Origin: Phoronis australis
Taxonomy: Eukaryota > Animalia > Phoronida
DNA length: 64,000 bases
Reading direction: 5' to 3'
Assembly (NCBI GenBank): GCA_002633005.1
Contig: NMRA01000406.1
Coordinates: 303,157-367,156 of the forward strand
The notes under the pieces were generated by a model, which saw nothing but the letters and a program-made list of their open reading frames with translations, was not told the DNA's origin and made no database searches. Positions 27,101 to 39,341 of this stretch are shown here, in pieces (position 1 is the stretch's first letter; every line of letters begins with the position of its first letter). A program made the position numbers and the translations under genes.

Positions 27101-30100
27101 TTTGCCGATTCTTTTTGTCCAATCGAGCCCCAAGTTCAATGAGCAGGTCAAACATTTCCTAAAAAGTAAACCACAACACATAAAGTACTGTGAAAGTTAT
27201 TATCTAACAAATATTATTTTCCAAAAACTAAGAGTAATATGGTATTAAATTTCCAATTTCATGAATTGCGGACACATGGAAATATTTATGTAGAAGAGTC
27301 AGTGATGTGTAGCAGTGACTGTGAACTTTAATAGGTAAACTGATAAACACAGTAGTCATTGATGCTTGACTATGAAGATGCTTCTAATAGCCAGCTATGT
27401 GTGACTATGGTGAATTTCAATGTACCCAGTAATCAGTGATGTATGACTGAAAGTAGCTGTACAGAGTACAGTCAGTGATGCCTGACTATGACAGTATGCA
27501 GTGATGTCAGTGATACCCGACTGTGAAGGTAGATTTGTATAGTAGTCAGTGATGCATGATTATAAGCAACTAACTTAAGGTAGATTTACACAGTGCAGTT
27601 ACTTATGTCTAACAATGAATGTCATATACAGACAAAAAATGGTTGGACTTACTCTTGCCATATAGAAACAAGATGAATTAAACATACTATAACCCGCGGC
27701 TATTAGACATTTTCTGGTGCAAAAACAGAACCAGCAAATTTTCTTTTCCATGATGTTCTTTTTCAAGGTTAAAACATTTGCTTGAATTGAGCTTGGTTGT
27801 ACAAAACACCTGTAATTTTGCTGACAGACATAGTGTTTCAGTGGGTGGGTGGGTCTTGCAAGGAATAAAACTGAAAACATACAGTTAAATGGTAGGTTTT
27901 TGGCAGGTCACAGATGGGCATACAATGTGAATGTCAGTGTCAGCGTGAATGTATGAGGCAATCATTAAAAACAAAGTTTTATAACTACCTACCAGCAATT
28001 ACCTACCAGTACAAGAACACAGTGTTAATATCAGTTAAACTCACCTTATAAAGTTACTGATTAATTGACACGAATGTAGCAAGTTGTAATTGCTAAATTC
28101 AATTCTTTGTAATAAACGAAATGAGTTGTGACACAACACATATAACCAGTATATGTCATACATAAGGTATAGACAGTTACAGTGAGTAACCCAAAGACAT
28201 GTTGCGTCAATCTTTACAACACTGAATACTATAGGTGCAATGTTGTTGAGTATCTTAAAACAGTTAAGCCAAAGATGTACTAAAGAGTGACACAAGAAAA
28301 CATTTTGGTAATAATGGACTAGAGCGACAACAATGGTTTTACCAGAAACAATAAAAACAACACTTTCTTTACTTAGTGAAATGTTCTAAAAAAGCACAAA
28401 GAACAAATTCCTGTAACTTATCAGAAACTGGCAATGGAGATTATCCTTCTGAATGACTTTGCGCATTAGCAATAAGGTTTATATAAAAACAACACGCTTG
28501 ACGTGGGTCATGTCTCCCTTCTTATATTTCACAGCACTCAGGTGAAGAATCCGAGTAGCCCAACATGACACACGTCAAAAATTTTTATTATTATCAAACA
28601 CAAGCGAAATGATAGAGTGAACTAATAAGTGTGCACAAGAAGTACAACTTGATACAGAAGCCACAACTGCAAGTGGTACAACTGTACCCTTTAATAGCTG
28701 TTTTCAGAATATATACATGACTATGAAAATGAGAGGGGTACACTACATACATGAAACAAACCTTGTTGGGAGTGTACTGAATCATGAAAACATTTAGGGA
28801 ATGAAGATCAAATTACAAAATCATATATACGTCATGTAGTACATATTAAACGTTTAAAAAATGTCTTTTTCTGTTTTCACCTGATACAAATAAATATTAC
28901 GCACCCCAAGTGATCGAAAACATTAATTCTCGTTTATGAATTCTTTAAAATTACAATACATTCAGGAACTAAATATTGTACTTATAACTCAGTATAAATG
29001 ACGTCATTCTAATGTTTGAACTTTGAACTGTCAAGAGTTTCCAAAAAAGACACATAGAGTGGATCTAACATTAATCACATGTCACTGATGAAGATTACCT
29101 AGCAATGAAACCACATCAAAAGGACTAAACTCGAACCTAGTTTTATTCTGAATCTACAATGCTTGAAATTATCTTTTACTCAAAAACAAATCGGCTGATA
29201 CTCTGTTCACAAACTGGCTAAAACACTAGCGTTTTCCCTAGCACTTTTGCTTGTAGCGAAAACGCCAGCAATGTTAATGGTTGCAACACATTTACTGACC
29301 AGACCGCTACTTTGAATGTCTCACACGGGTACAGGAAGGAGGCTCGTGTTCCTTATTGCATCAATAAATTTCAGAAAGTGAATATGCTTAAGCAGCAATT
29401 TTTGATAAAAAAGTCATTGAGGTGACAAGAAAACAAACAAAGGCTTGTCAAAAATGACCTGTTCATGGAGTGCACGACATCTGTATGCCGCTAAAATGAA
29501 CTTAGTGTTTTCCCCACTCATGTGATTTTTTGAGTACCAGTGGCCACACAAGAGATCCCAGTGACTGCGTCTGTGTCAGAACTATGAGTCAACAACACAC
29601 ACGGAGCTGCTTTAAACTAGAACAACATTAACTTAGCAGACAACAAATGACTGACCTTTCCAACCCTGTCTTTACTCTATGTATTTAAAATGTACCACAG
29701 ATTAAACAGTACAATGTAAAACACAATTTGCTTCAATGAGTGCATTTCTAGTTAAATTTAAAGTGGGGGAAAGAAAAGGACTATGGAAGCTAAACATTGA
29801 TTTAAAGAAAAAAATTCTAATAAATGGATGTTATGCAGTCATGAGTTTCAAGAAAGCAATTGGACAGACAAAACAAAAAACAAGAAAAAAGTTAGTATAA
29901 TGTCAGAAACTGAGATGCCATTCACATATTGTTTCTAGTTGGACATACCCTAAGATTCAATCGTTTCAGTACAGCCTTTGATACACCTTTGGCAAATCAA
30001 CCTATTCAACTTGACAAATGCCATAAAGCTGGCATGTCAAGCAGGAACAAATTAAAGAGATCAATAATTGTAGAGTGAGGTAACACACAAACAAGAAATC

Positions 30101-33100
30101 TAAGGGCGTTGACACTCTTTTTGAAGGAAAGAACATCAAAAGAGCTGTGAAATTAAAGTAAACATTATTAGCTGTAAGAGAACAAGATAACCAATAATTT
30201 CCTTAAAAGTGTGTATTTATCAAAAGCATATGGAAGAATTTCACACAAACACAAGTTTTCATTCACTCTACTGATGAAGGGCTATTGTGCACTAAGCTCT
30301 CTCAGTAACTCAAATGAAATGTGCAAAAATGTGCCCAACTATTTGAAAATCAAATAACCATAAAAGAGAATATCAACAAAAAATAAGTAAATTCTAGAAA
30401 AAACTATCAATCTTTACCACGGAGCTGATAGTGCTGGTTGTAGCCTTAGGGAGGTCCTGTTTAAAAAGCACCAACACACAGTTACAGAAACATGATTTAC
30501 CTGTATACAGGCTAAAATAAAACTACGTTATATAAAATGCACAGTTTCCAGCTCAAGGATGTGCTCCCATATCCACAGAATATGTTTTTCAAAAGCTGAT
30601 TTGAAAAGCATAACGACTAGTATTGGGCTGTTCTCATTTGCAGTTACGTGTATCCCTAATTGTTATGCTATATTTATCCTAAACTATCTAATTACCTAGC
30701 CACTGTCAACCCATGAAAGTATGTACTTTCTGAAAGTAGAAGTTAGAACGAATTCATCTATGTCATCCATAACATTGTGTCATTGTTGTGGTCCCGTTAG
30801 TTGCCGTTTTGGGTGAAAAAGTTGTATTTTTTAAAGGTACATCAATAACAAATTGATCTTTTAACCTTTTAACTTTGGACAACAAAACTTTGGTAGATTT
30901 GCTCCAAAACCGTGACAGGGATTTTGAATAAAACAAACTTTTTTAAATCTGAAAAATATTTGCAATCACTTTTTGAAAAACAAAATGACTTAATCCTTAA
31001 TCAAACATACAAATTCAACGAAACCTCTAATCCAAAGTCTGAGACACGGTTTTCGTATTGAATAGTTGTGCTATCTGAATATTCAAACACAAAGAAAATC
31101 TGTCGCTTCTTTTTGAAGAAATCGTGGTTCGAAGTTAGTCAGCTGACCCAAACAATGAATAAATAAAAAACGCCGTTTGTGGTATCTGTAGCCCACTCAC
31201 CAATTTACCGTCATATAATGATTGAAACTGTTTTTGGTGGCTGTGACAGCTGAAGAAAATTGCTCAAAGACACTTCCACAGGTCATGTATTTGTTAGTTA
31301 CGTAAACTTGATGAGACTGGACCAATTAATCAACGTTTTTACACACTTGCTGGAGCCAGAGAAATGAATTGTTTCGTCATATAACCATTTCGAGGCGGTG
31401 CTTATGAAATTAGGTCACCTCGCATAGCAGTGCGTCAGTGATTGAATGTGTAGAATTATCGCCGAGGAAAATCAGCCAGCATCAATGACAAGACAAGACA
31501 AGACAAAATTTAGGACTGGCTCGGAGAGAAGTATGCGATGAAATTTCTGAACTCGGGAAAGATGTGAGTTGACTTTTCTAAGTATATGAGTAACTTATTT
31601 ACAGTTTCCTAAGCTGCACAACAGAGATTGGTGGTACAGCCGGCAGGCATTCTCTCACGCAATGGCATATCTAAACATAATTCACCATCTTTACGGTTTA
31701 TCACCTAGGATCCACTGTGAATGGTTATAAATCTCAAATCTAATTATTTCATGACCTTTTTTTCTAAAACACGTTATGTCAAGTTTGTAGTAAAAGTGTA
31801 TATTTTCTGAAAGAAAAATACCAGGGATCATTTATTTACATATGTGCCATTAGTATAGCAACACCTTTTTAAGACAAAACTTTATTTTTTATATTTTTAA
31901 GAAACTTACTGAGACCTTCATATAGATAACCCTTTTCAACTGAAAACCTCACATATTTACCTCACAAACGTTAAGAATTTTTATAACTCATTTAGTATTG
32001 CTTTCTATGCCAAATTACTTCACAATACATTAGAAAGTAATTTTGTAAAAATAGCAGTCATATTCGTCTTACAGTATGCAAAAACTAGGCGTTTGAAATG
32101 AGAATCCAAACAGTCTTTCAGAGATTTATATATCAATATTAAAATAATTGGAAAACTGCATTGAAATCTACTCTGAACCGTTTTGGAGAACTTGTGTTTC
32201 TAAGTTCAAATTAATTCGATTTGCTGAAGATGAGAAAAAGTCAAAAATGCCGCGAGTCATCACAATCTCTTACTTACTTATTTGACGAAATGTTGTTTTT
32301 GATCAAGTTTTTACCTCTACATACCATTACCTTGTTCATTAGTTCAACAACCACTCGCAGTTTCAACTGTATTTGCAGTGCATAATGAACATAATTATCA
32401 CTAAAACGTTTTAATATAAAGTCGTGTTTTAATGCCTCCAGTCACCCTATGTTAGAAGGATTAACACTAGTAGGTCAACAGTGGGTCAAATTTTGAGCAT
32501 TCCCAACAATGTGGGTAGCCTCTGAAAATAGAAATACGACGATTTTATCGATTATGTTTGTACCAAATTGTATTTAGACAAATCTGATTTCAATAAATGT
32601 ATAACACACTGGGAAAGCAGACCAGACAAAATCATACCAAAAGATGCTGCACTAAAAAACTCAAATCACTAAAGGGCATTAGAATGACCCACAGTTAGTT
32701 TAAACTGACCCATAGATTTGAAAGCATGTTTTTCCAAATGACTCCTGGGTCACAGGACCCAAAGCTCTAACTGCCAATGATCTCATCAGAAGACTAAGTT
32801 GTCAGTCGAGTACAAAATCTCAACCAGCAAATTGTATACGGTCTCAGATTTTGAAAAACCGTATTTTATCTCATGTGTACAAGGTATGATTTGTTGTATA
32901 TGGAATCATTAAGAAAGGGGTGATCAAGAGTTGATGACAGGTCAGGTTAAGGGTCAAGTATTTAGTGGGGACCCAGATAATTAACCAAACTCAAGGAGTA
33001 ATGATGATGAGGAGCTGGGGATTAGACTAGATTTAAAATTATATTAATTGCATTCTCTTCATTCTGTAATTCTTTTTTCAATAACCTGCATGAGGTATAC

Positions 33101-36100
33101 AGCAACTTAAAAAACATGAAACAAGCTCTCTGTTGCATTTACACTTTATAATTACACGGAAGACCAAAACCACCATGGAACAAGACCTATAGCACAATGA
33201 GCCCTTTTTGAGATAAAAATAAATATTCAGCATTTGAATCCTTTTGAAAACCAGTTGAATCAAGTTAATTATAGATCTGTCATAACTAAATTTGAAATTT
33301 CCATTAACCAACAAGATTACTGGCTTAAGATTATCATGCCAGGAAAATCAATAGGGTATTATTGTGAAATTTTAGTTTTCATAAAAGATAACTAGCACGA
33401 ATTCTAAGCCATTGCTTAGAAACTGTGAGCACTCACAATGTTAGAAGCCTTTTTAACTATTTTTGTCTGAATCTAGTGAGATTCTGCCATAGGAAAGGTA
33501 TTTGTTACTGAGTGTTTAACAGAACTAATTAATCAGCAGATAGTAGTAGGCCAGTTCATTGTTTACAGAACCCGATAGAGATCTCTACAGCGACAGCGAC
33601 AGCAACGTAGCCATGAATAATGTATCTTGATTATTGAACATTAAATAAAACACAATATTTCTAACGTTACCTTCTTGTCATGAATGACGAGCATGTGCAT
33701 GACTGTGTTGCCGTTGGCGTCTTCTTTGTTGGGGTCTGCGCCTTTAGCAATAAGCAGACGTACACATTCTTCCTGTCCCAGGCAAGCAGCGAAGCCCAGA
33801 GGATACTCCCCCCAGTAGGTATACCTAAACAGCAAGGAATGGGTTTTTTAATTCACTGGTCTTACACAAGTGGATTTAATTTATAAGACCTTACTGAAAT
33901 TTGCAGCCTAGCTTTTAGACAATAGTACTTATTTCTACTCATCCTGCAGAGGTCAACCCATCCTACCAAAGATTTCGCAACCTCCTATTCAATGGACAAA
34001 TAACCTTTCTGGAAGGAATTGCCAGATCATCTCGGTTCACCTTTCCAATTTCCTCAGGAAAAAAGAAGATTGGAAGAATTCACTCAAAGGAACCCTATGT
34101 TGAGGGGATCACATGAGTCATAAGGTGATCAGTAAAGTGACTCAACGTTTGCCTGGTACACTGCAGATGGCACCAGGCCACCTGTCACTGTTTTACCCAT
34201 CCTGGGACAGTGAACACGTACCACAGATGTGTTACAACAAAAAAATGATTCAGTAAGTAATGGGCAAACTACTGGGGTATAAGTCATGGAGGATGGTCGA
34301 AACATTCAAAAATGTCAATTAGTATGATTAAAGAAAGTGCTATCACATATCATAGTGAATATCATGCAGTAGAGAAAATCATTACAAACCACCTTCTGTT
34401 AGTTTTCACCGCCACATCTGCCCATTCACGATCATCCACTGTATGTGTAATAAACTCTCACGTTAAACATTTAGTGACCAAGACTATCTATACATTTGTT
34501 GTAAACTCACCCTTCATAGTTAGTTTTCACCGCAACATCTACCCATTCATGATCAAGACTGTCTGTACGTGATGCCTGCTGATCCATAGGGCAGAAGAAG
34601 TTACCGCAACACCGCTCGTGAAAATTGGCATTGTAGTCCAGCAGGAACTTCACCATGGCAGGATCTTCATTAACAATGGCCATGTGAAGCACATTTTCAC
34701 CTTGAAATACAGACACGGCATTAAAAAAAACTATTTCAGTACTTTTCGGTAGTTCCATGAACCAAAGAAACACTAGAGGAAGATCATTGATTTATTACCC
34801 TCTTTGGATGCTGTATATTTGTGCCCAGAATGGTATGAGCATTAAAAATCACTAGAAACCAAAACATTACGATGCCCTACATACATCAGAACAAAAAATT
34901 GACTAAGTTAAAAATCAGGAATGATATGGCCGGGTAAGTGAGATACTGGATGTTTTAGTTTAGGCCGATGATCACATATGCAAAGAGCTGAAACCATACC
35001 ATAATATTCCTCGCCCTGGTAGATATCCACAATCAGCTTGGGGAATACTTGAAGCAACTTCTTAGCAAGGTCAGCATGGACGGATGTAGCATTCAACAAG
35101 CAGAGGTGGAGAGCTGTCTCACCCACAGCACCACGTTTGTCTAACGACCAACAAATCTCCTTTGTGTCTTCATCTTAAAAGTTAAGAAGAAGTAAAAAGT
35201 TACTTTCTGCTTCCTTTCCACAGAAAGTTGAGAACACTAAACACAATCCATGTTTTTCTATTATCATTCTGTTCATAGACACTTAACTGGAGTCTAACAA
35301 CTTCTTATAATGGTTAAATATCCCATTAGCAATATATCTTGAAGACAATTATACTTTAGGCCAAAGGTGTGTCATGCTGTCGCATGTGAGTGATGCCAAG
35401 CTCAACATTGGTGTGGTACCAAACAATAATAAAAATGCAAATTAGATTTAGAAGTAACACAACTAATTATCTTGCTGTGTTGAGCCATACTTCATTTAGT
35501 GAATTACGTGGCAACAAATCACAAGAAAAGATTGATAAGGTGAAGTCTTCCTAATGAAAAAGAAATTCTTCCTATTTCAGTTTGTACGCATAAGTTTCCT
35601 AATGGACAGCCTGAGTTCATCATTGAACAAGAATGCCATGCTACAGCAAAATGAACCCATGCATTAGAAGAACATGTTTAACAGACTCCTATTTAATGTC
35701 ACTATGTTCCAAAAACAATGAATGGACTAGTAAAGATTTCAATTTTTGTTTAATTCTACACACTGACATTGGTGCATCAACCAATCACTTTGTTTCTGGG
35801 TGAAAGGTACTCAAAATGCGGTTGTGCTATATGCACAAATGTTGAAAAATGTCTGTGGTAAAAATCAAGCGTATACCAATGTCCCGTCCAATGTAGTTCC
35901 CATCTTCATCCTTCTTCATGTCCAGCATCGCCAGGTTGTCAACTCCCTCCTTATTCTTTTTACTTCCTTTCAGTTTCTTTTTCAAATCGCTCGTTTCCCG
36001 TTCCTTATTACGCCGCAGAACCAACTCACGGATGGGCACTTTCTTGCCCTGGCCCTTGTTGTAGAGTAGTGGTCCCACCTTTTTGTGGATCAGATCTGTC

Positions 36101-36255
36101 ACCTCCGCGTAGTTCTTTGTCTTATTGGCCTGTTTCATCGCCTCCACAAGGATCCCTCCACCTTTCATGTCCACAAGTTCATAGCAGACATTCTGTGTCT
36201 CACTTGTGATCTGCTCCTTCATCTTTGCACTAACGTTACTTGAGCTGTTCCCCAT
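18171..36255 (-). CDS. nan: TRPV cation channel, Nanchung/OCR-like, 773 aa, 15 coding exons
   Basis: complement exons 36255-35877, 35173-35000, 34700-34511, 33824-33671, 27158-27057, 25543-25394, 25145-25063, 24588-24402, 24097-23990, 23772-23621, 22120-22011, 21230-21085, 20376-20260, 19764-19639, 18314-18171 = 2322 nt, phases consistent. Ankyrin repeats ([57 protein letters not shown]), [12 protein letters not shown] linker, pore [21 protein letters not shown]6/TRP box [14 protein letters not shown]...EWQRQWA. The N-terminus (MGNSSSNV...KGGG...LYNKGQG...LVLRRNKER) and pore resemble Drosophila Nanchung rather than Inactive, from recall rather than an alignment. Confidence 0.95.
21498..21774. 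mobile_element. PIF/Harbinger-type MITE in a TRPV intron
   Basis: ~48-bp TIRs GGGTCTGTTCCAGGAAAAGTGAC...AGAAATTTGG / CCAAATTTCTGA...TCACTTTCCATGAAACAGTCCC, flanked by a CAG...CAG 3-bp TSD (CWG type). Confidence 0.75.
22442..22536. mobile_element. ~95-bp hairpin mini-MITE family (other copies 54812-54905 and half copy 12906-12945)
   Basis: Arms TGCCCACATTTTGAGAACCAGTT / AACTGGTTCTCAAAATGCAGGCA, repeated at three loci. Confidence 0.8.
22545..23005. repeat. Degenerate ~30-35 bp minisatellite
   Basis: Recurrent CATTTACCACATAATACCTCTAT...ATGTT units. Confidence 0.75.
23195..23423. repeat. 16-bp minisatellite (TCTCTCTATCTA[G/T]TCA)n
   Basis: About 14 near-perfect copies, read directly. Confidence 0.95.
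24790..25015. repeat. Dispersed repeat fragment (second copy ~42345-42568; inverted fragment ~47030-47090)
   Basis: Shared blocks AATCTCA.CAATTTT, AATTTCTCAAAA.CAT and GCCATATTGTGTCCTAAAT. Confidence 0.65.
25972..26392. repeat. 30-bp minisatellite (TGTTTGTGCACTATCAGACAGAATGTCACC)n
   Basis: About 14 copies, read directly; explains ORFs 25920..26171 and 25947..26240. Confidence 0.95.
27295..27598. repeat. Degenerate tandem repeat with core AGTCAGTGATG..TGACT
   Basis: Core recurs ~7 times. Confidence 0.7.
30693..32950. mobile_element. Cluster of old non-autonomous DNA-transposon sequence in TRPV intron 4
   Basis: The 5' block GCCACTGTCAACCCAT..AAGTAT.T..TTTCTGAAA also occurs at 3925-3960. TTAA sites at 32461 and 32947 bound a TGACCC/GGGTCA-rich subunit (piggyBac-like by inference). 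Boundaries approximate. Confidence 0.45.
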
Positions 36256-36771
36256 GCTGATAGTAGTGTTGTGTACAGGTCAAGAATCGAGGTCAAAAGT
36301 TTATCGATGTAATGGACGGAATGGTGGTTGGAATGTCGCACATACACTTCACATTGGTCTGAAATGTATGTAAAGAATGCTGAAACGGACATAGGACAAG
36401 TGTGGAACTAGTTGACTGCCTTTGTTACCAAGGATCAAATCTCTTAAATAACTGGAGACCTAGGCTTTTAGCCAAAAAACTTGGCTGTCAAAAATGAATA
36501 CGTCAACATTCCTTGAAAATAACGGGAATCTCAATTTTTGAGAGCTGAACGAAGGACTGCTCAAAGAATAAGTTTGATTAATGGAGTATTTGTTTGAGTT
36601 TGAAGGAATTAAAAACATCGACAGCCTCCTAAGGTGTCCCTCTATGTACTTATAGCAACGTGACTATGCTGTTTTAATCAGTGTGAGGCATAATTCGTGA
36701 AAAGGTTTCCAGAGCTATAGGAACTTCACAATACAGCATGGGGTCAGCTAAAGTCTGTGGTCACTGTTTAA

Positions 36772-36860
36772 GGCGTTCTTAGCTTCTGATCGTCCCCAAT
36801 ACACTATATACAATACGTCTATATACATGGTATTGGGGACAATCAGAAGCTAAGGACGCC
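36772..36860. mobile_element. 89-bp hairpin, internally deleted member of the MITE family at 40022-40365
   Basis: 31-bp arms GGCGTTCTTAGCTTCTGATCGTCCCCAATAC / GTATTGGGGACAATCAGAAGCTAAGGACGCC with 2 differences. Confidence 0.85.
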
Positions 36861-37001
36861 AATGATATGGAGGGCCTATGAGATTGGCCTCCATCTGCAC
36901 TGGCACTGCACCTCGGCCACGCAGTAGTAGACAGTGATACTGACTATCGACTGTCTTCAACAACTCTACTCTGTGTCTACTCTATACAGTAACCACCGTC
37001 T

Positions 37002-37563
37002 CTAGATGGCTCAATAGAGACGGTGTAGCTCCTATAGGCGATTCATATGCCGGAAGCTTTTTGGCGAATTATGCCTCACACCCACTAAAATATCATAGTC
37101 ACATTGTTATAAATACTTCATGCACATAGAGAGAGACACAATAGGAGGCCGTCAGTTTTCCTTCTAACTTGAACAAATACTCCCTTTATCAAACTTTTTC
37201 TTCGATCAGTCCCTCGTTCAGTTCCTAAAATTGGTAACTGATTGTTTTTACACTGCACACACCAGGGATGTGACGTTATACCACTTGCCGTACGCAGTGT
37301 TAAAAATGGCCAGTTACCAATTTTGGGAACTGATTGGAGGACTGCTTGAAGAAAACGGTTGATAACGGGAGAATTTGTTCGACTTCGAACTGTTGGAAGG
37401 AATTAAAGACATTGACGGTCTCCTAAGGTGTCCCTCTATGCGCATAAGGCATTTATAACATTGTGACTTTGAAGTTTTAGTCCATGTGAGGCATAATTCG
37501 CCAAAAACCTTACGGTATATGAAGCGCCTATAGGAGCTACACCGTCTCTATTGAGCCATCTAG
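37002..37563. mobile_element. Foldback element with ~240-bp inverted arms; extra single-arm copies at 36520-36730 and 38865-38930
   Basis: CTAGATGGCTCAATAGAGACGGTGTAGCTCCTATAGGCG at left and its exact reverse complement at 37525-37563; arm similarity continues inward to ~37240/37311. Confidence 0.9.
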
Positions 37564-37654
37564 TCTACAGCTCTATGGTAATAATAGGCAACACGTAGCC
37601 CCTTGGTTAGCCGATTAGGGGCTACAATACTTCCCATCGCTTTCTGTATGCATT

Positions 37655-38455
37655 TCGTTTCATGTATTTTAAATGGGCGGTAGGCCAAATCTGGCCAGAT
37701 TTTGAGTTTTCGTATCGTCAAAAATACATTCCACACTTAAAACTATCACTTAAAAAAGCGCTTACTTTCTTCATTGGTCCTTTCTACTTCTATACATATA
37801 TAGCTTAGTTTGTGAGAATTAAGGTGACTTTGGTGAAGAATTCCAACTCCACTCTTTTGGTTGTTGTTAACTTTTTCACCACGCGCGCGATAACCACAAA
37901 ATATGTCAAATGAGTCACGTGAGTTAGGCAAAGCCTAGCACGAGACTGAGCAAAGCACGTGACACTTGCAAAATAGCATAAGAAGATATCAGGTGAAATT
38001 TGTAAGATTTGTGTCCCTTGGATTTTTTATTCATCAACATGCGTGACTTCCCGTAACTTCCTCAAAATGGTACCTGGTAAAAGAAACTCGAGCAAACCGC
38101 GACAGAATTTCATCGATTTGTTCAAATTATCTTGACTGAATCGTCTCCAGCCCGTTCCGTAGGGAAGGGGGGAATGTTGTAGATGTGCTTTCAGTGAATC
38201 ATATGAGCCTCTGTTAGCTACTCGCTAACGGGCAATTGACTATTAGCTAAATGGTTAGCACGCTTGCCGGTTTTAATGGGGAGTCGTTCGAATCCCGGGT
38301 CGGGTAATCTTGGCTATAAATACAGTTGTTTATAACTCCATGTGCATATATGCCTGTTTTAATTTGATTTTATTTCATGTATTTTGAAATTCGTAACTTT
38401 TTGAGGGATATACTATCGCCCCCTATGGCTGCGGCATCCAGCCAGGTCGAATTGC
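37655..38455 (+). mobile_element. Copy B of the dispersed repeat at 1345-1995, carrying a ~170-bp insertion
   Basis: Colinear blocks GTCAAAAATACATTC, GAAGAATTCCAACTCCAC, CGCGCGCGATAACCACAAA, CGTGACACTTGCAAAATA, TATAACTCCATGTGCA, ACTATCGCCCC. Confidence 0.85.
38237..38306 (+). other. tRNA-like / SINE-head Pol III promoter relic
   Basis: A-box-like TAGCTAAATGG (38244) and B-box GTTCGAATCCC (38286); no convincing acceptor or anticodon stem, so not called as a tRNA. Confidence 0.5.
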
Positions 38456-38480
38456 CTACGCCACGGCTACGCTATTATTG

Positions 38481-39341
38481 TGACTCGGGCACTGACACTA
38501 TTGCCTGTCACGATCAAAAACTCTGCAATCTGTGTGCCTATCACTGTCTTCATAAAACCAAAGTTTAAATGAGACGATCCTTCTATCTCGGGACAAAATT
38601 ATAATTACTTTTTACCTTATATCTATCCGTGCTTGGATACTTGTAAACGAATCGATCTCCTCTCCGGAAGTGGGGTTGTCTTAAACACGAGACGTAAGCT
38701 GGTAAAACGAAATCAAAATATAAAATTTATAATAATATATCATAAATATCATTTTTAAAGGTAAATAAAGTTTTTGTTTAAATATTTTTTACAAATAAGT
38801 AATTTAATGTAAAAAAAGTGTTAATATTAAACTTCTCCTGTGAAATATTTTCTGACCGNCTTTGATGGTTTAGTCGGTGCGAGGAATAATTCGCTGAAAA
38901 GCTTTCGGCGTACAGAGCGCCTATAGCCTCTGCATCGCCTCTGGTTCGGGCCTACGCTATGACTCGGGCACTGACACTATTGCCTGTCACGATCAAAAAA
39001 CTCTGCAATCTGTGGGCCTATCACTGTCTTCATAAAACCAAAGTTTAAAAGAGACGATCCTTCTATCTCGGGACAAAATTATAATTACTTTTTACCTTAT
39101 ATCTATCCGTGCTTGGATACTTGTAAACGAATCGATCTCCTCTCCGGAAGTGAGGTTGTCTTAAACATGAGACGTAAGCTGGTAAAACGAAATCAAAATA
39201 TAAAATTTATATCAATATATCACAAATATCATTTTTAAAGGTAAATAAAGTTTTTTATTTAAATGTTTTTTACAAATAAGTAATTTTATGTAAAGAAAAA
39301 GTGTTAATATTAAACTTCTCCTGTGAAATATTTTCTGACCG
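38481..39341. repeat. Near-identical ~380-bp direct duplication (38481-38858 / 38960-39341) across a single N; probable haplotype/assembly duplication
   Basis: Copies differ by only scattered SNPs and small indels; the first copy ends exactly at the N at 38859. Confidence 0.85.

Noticed and set aside
38237-38306. Functional tRNA gene
   Set aside because: A and B boxes present, but acceptor and anticodon stems do not pair convincingly.
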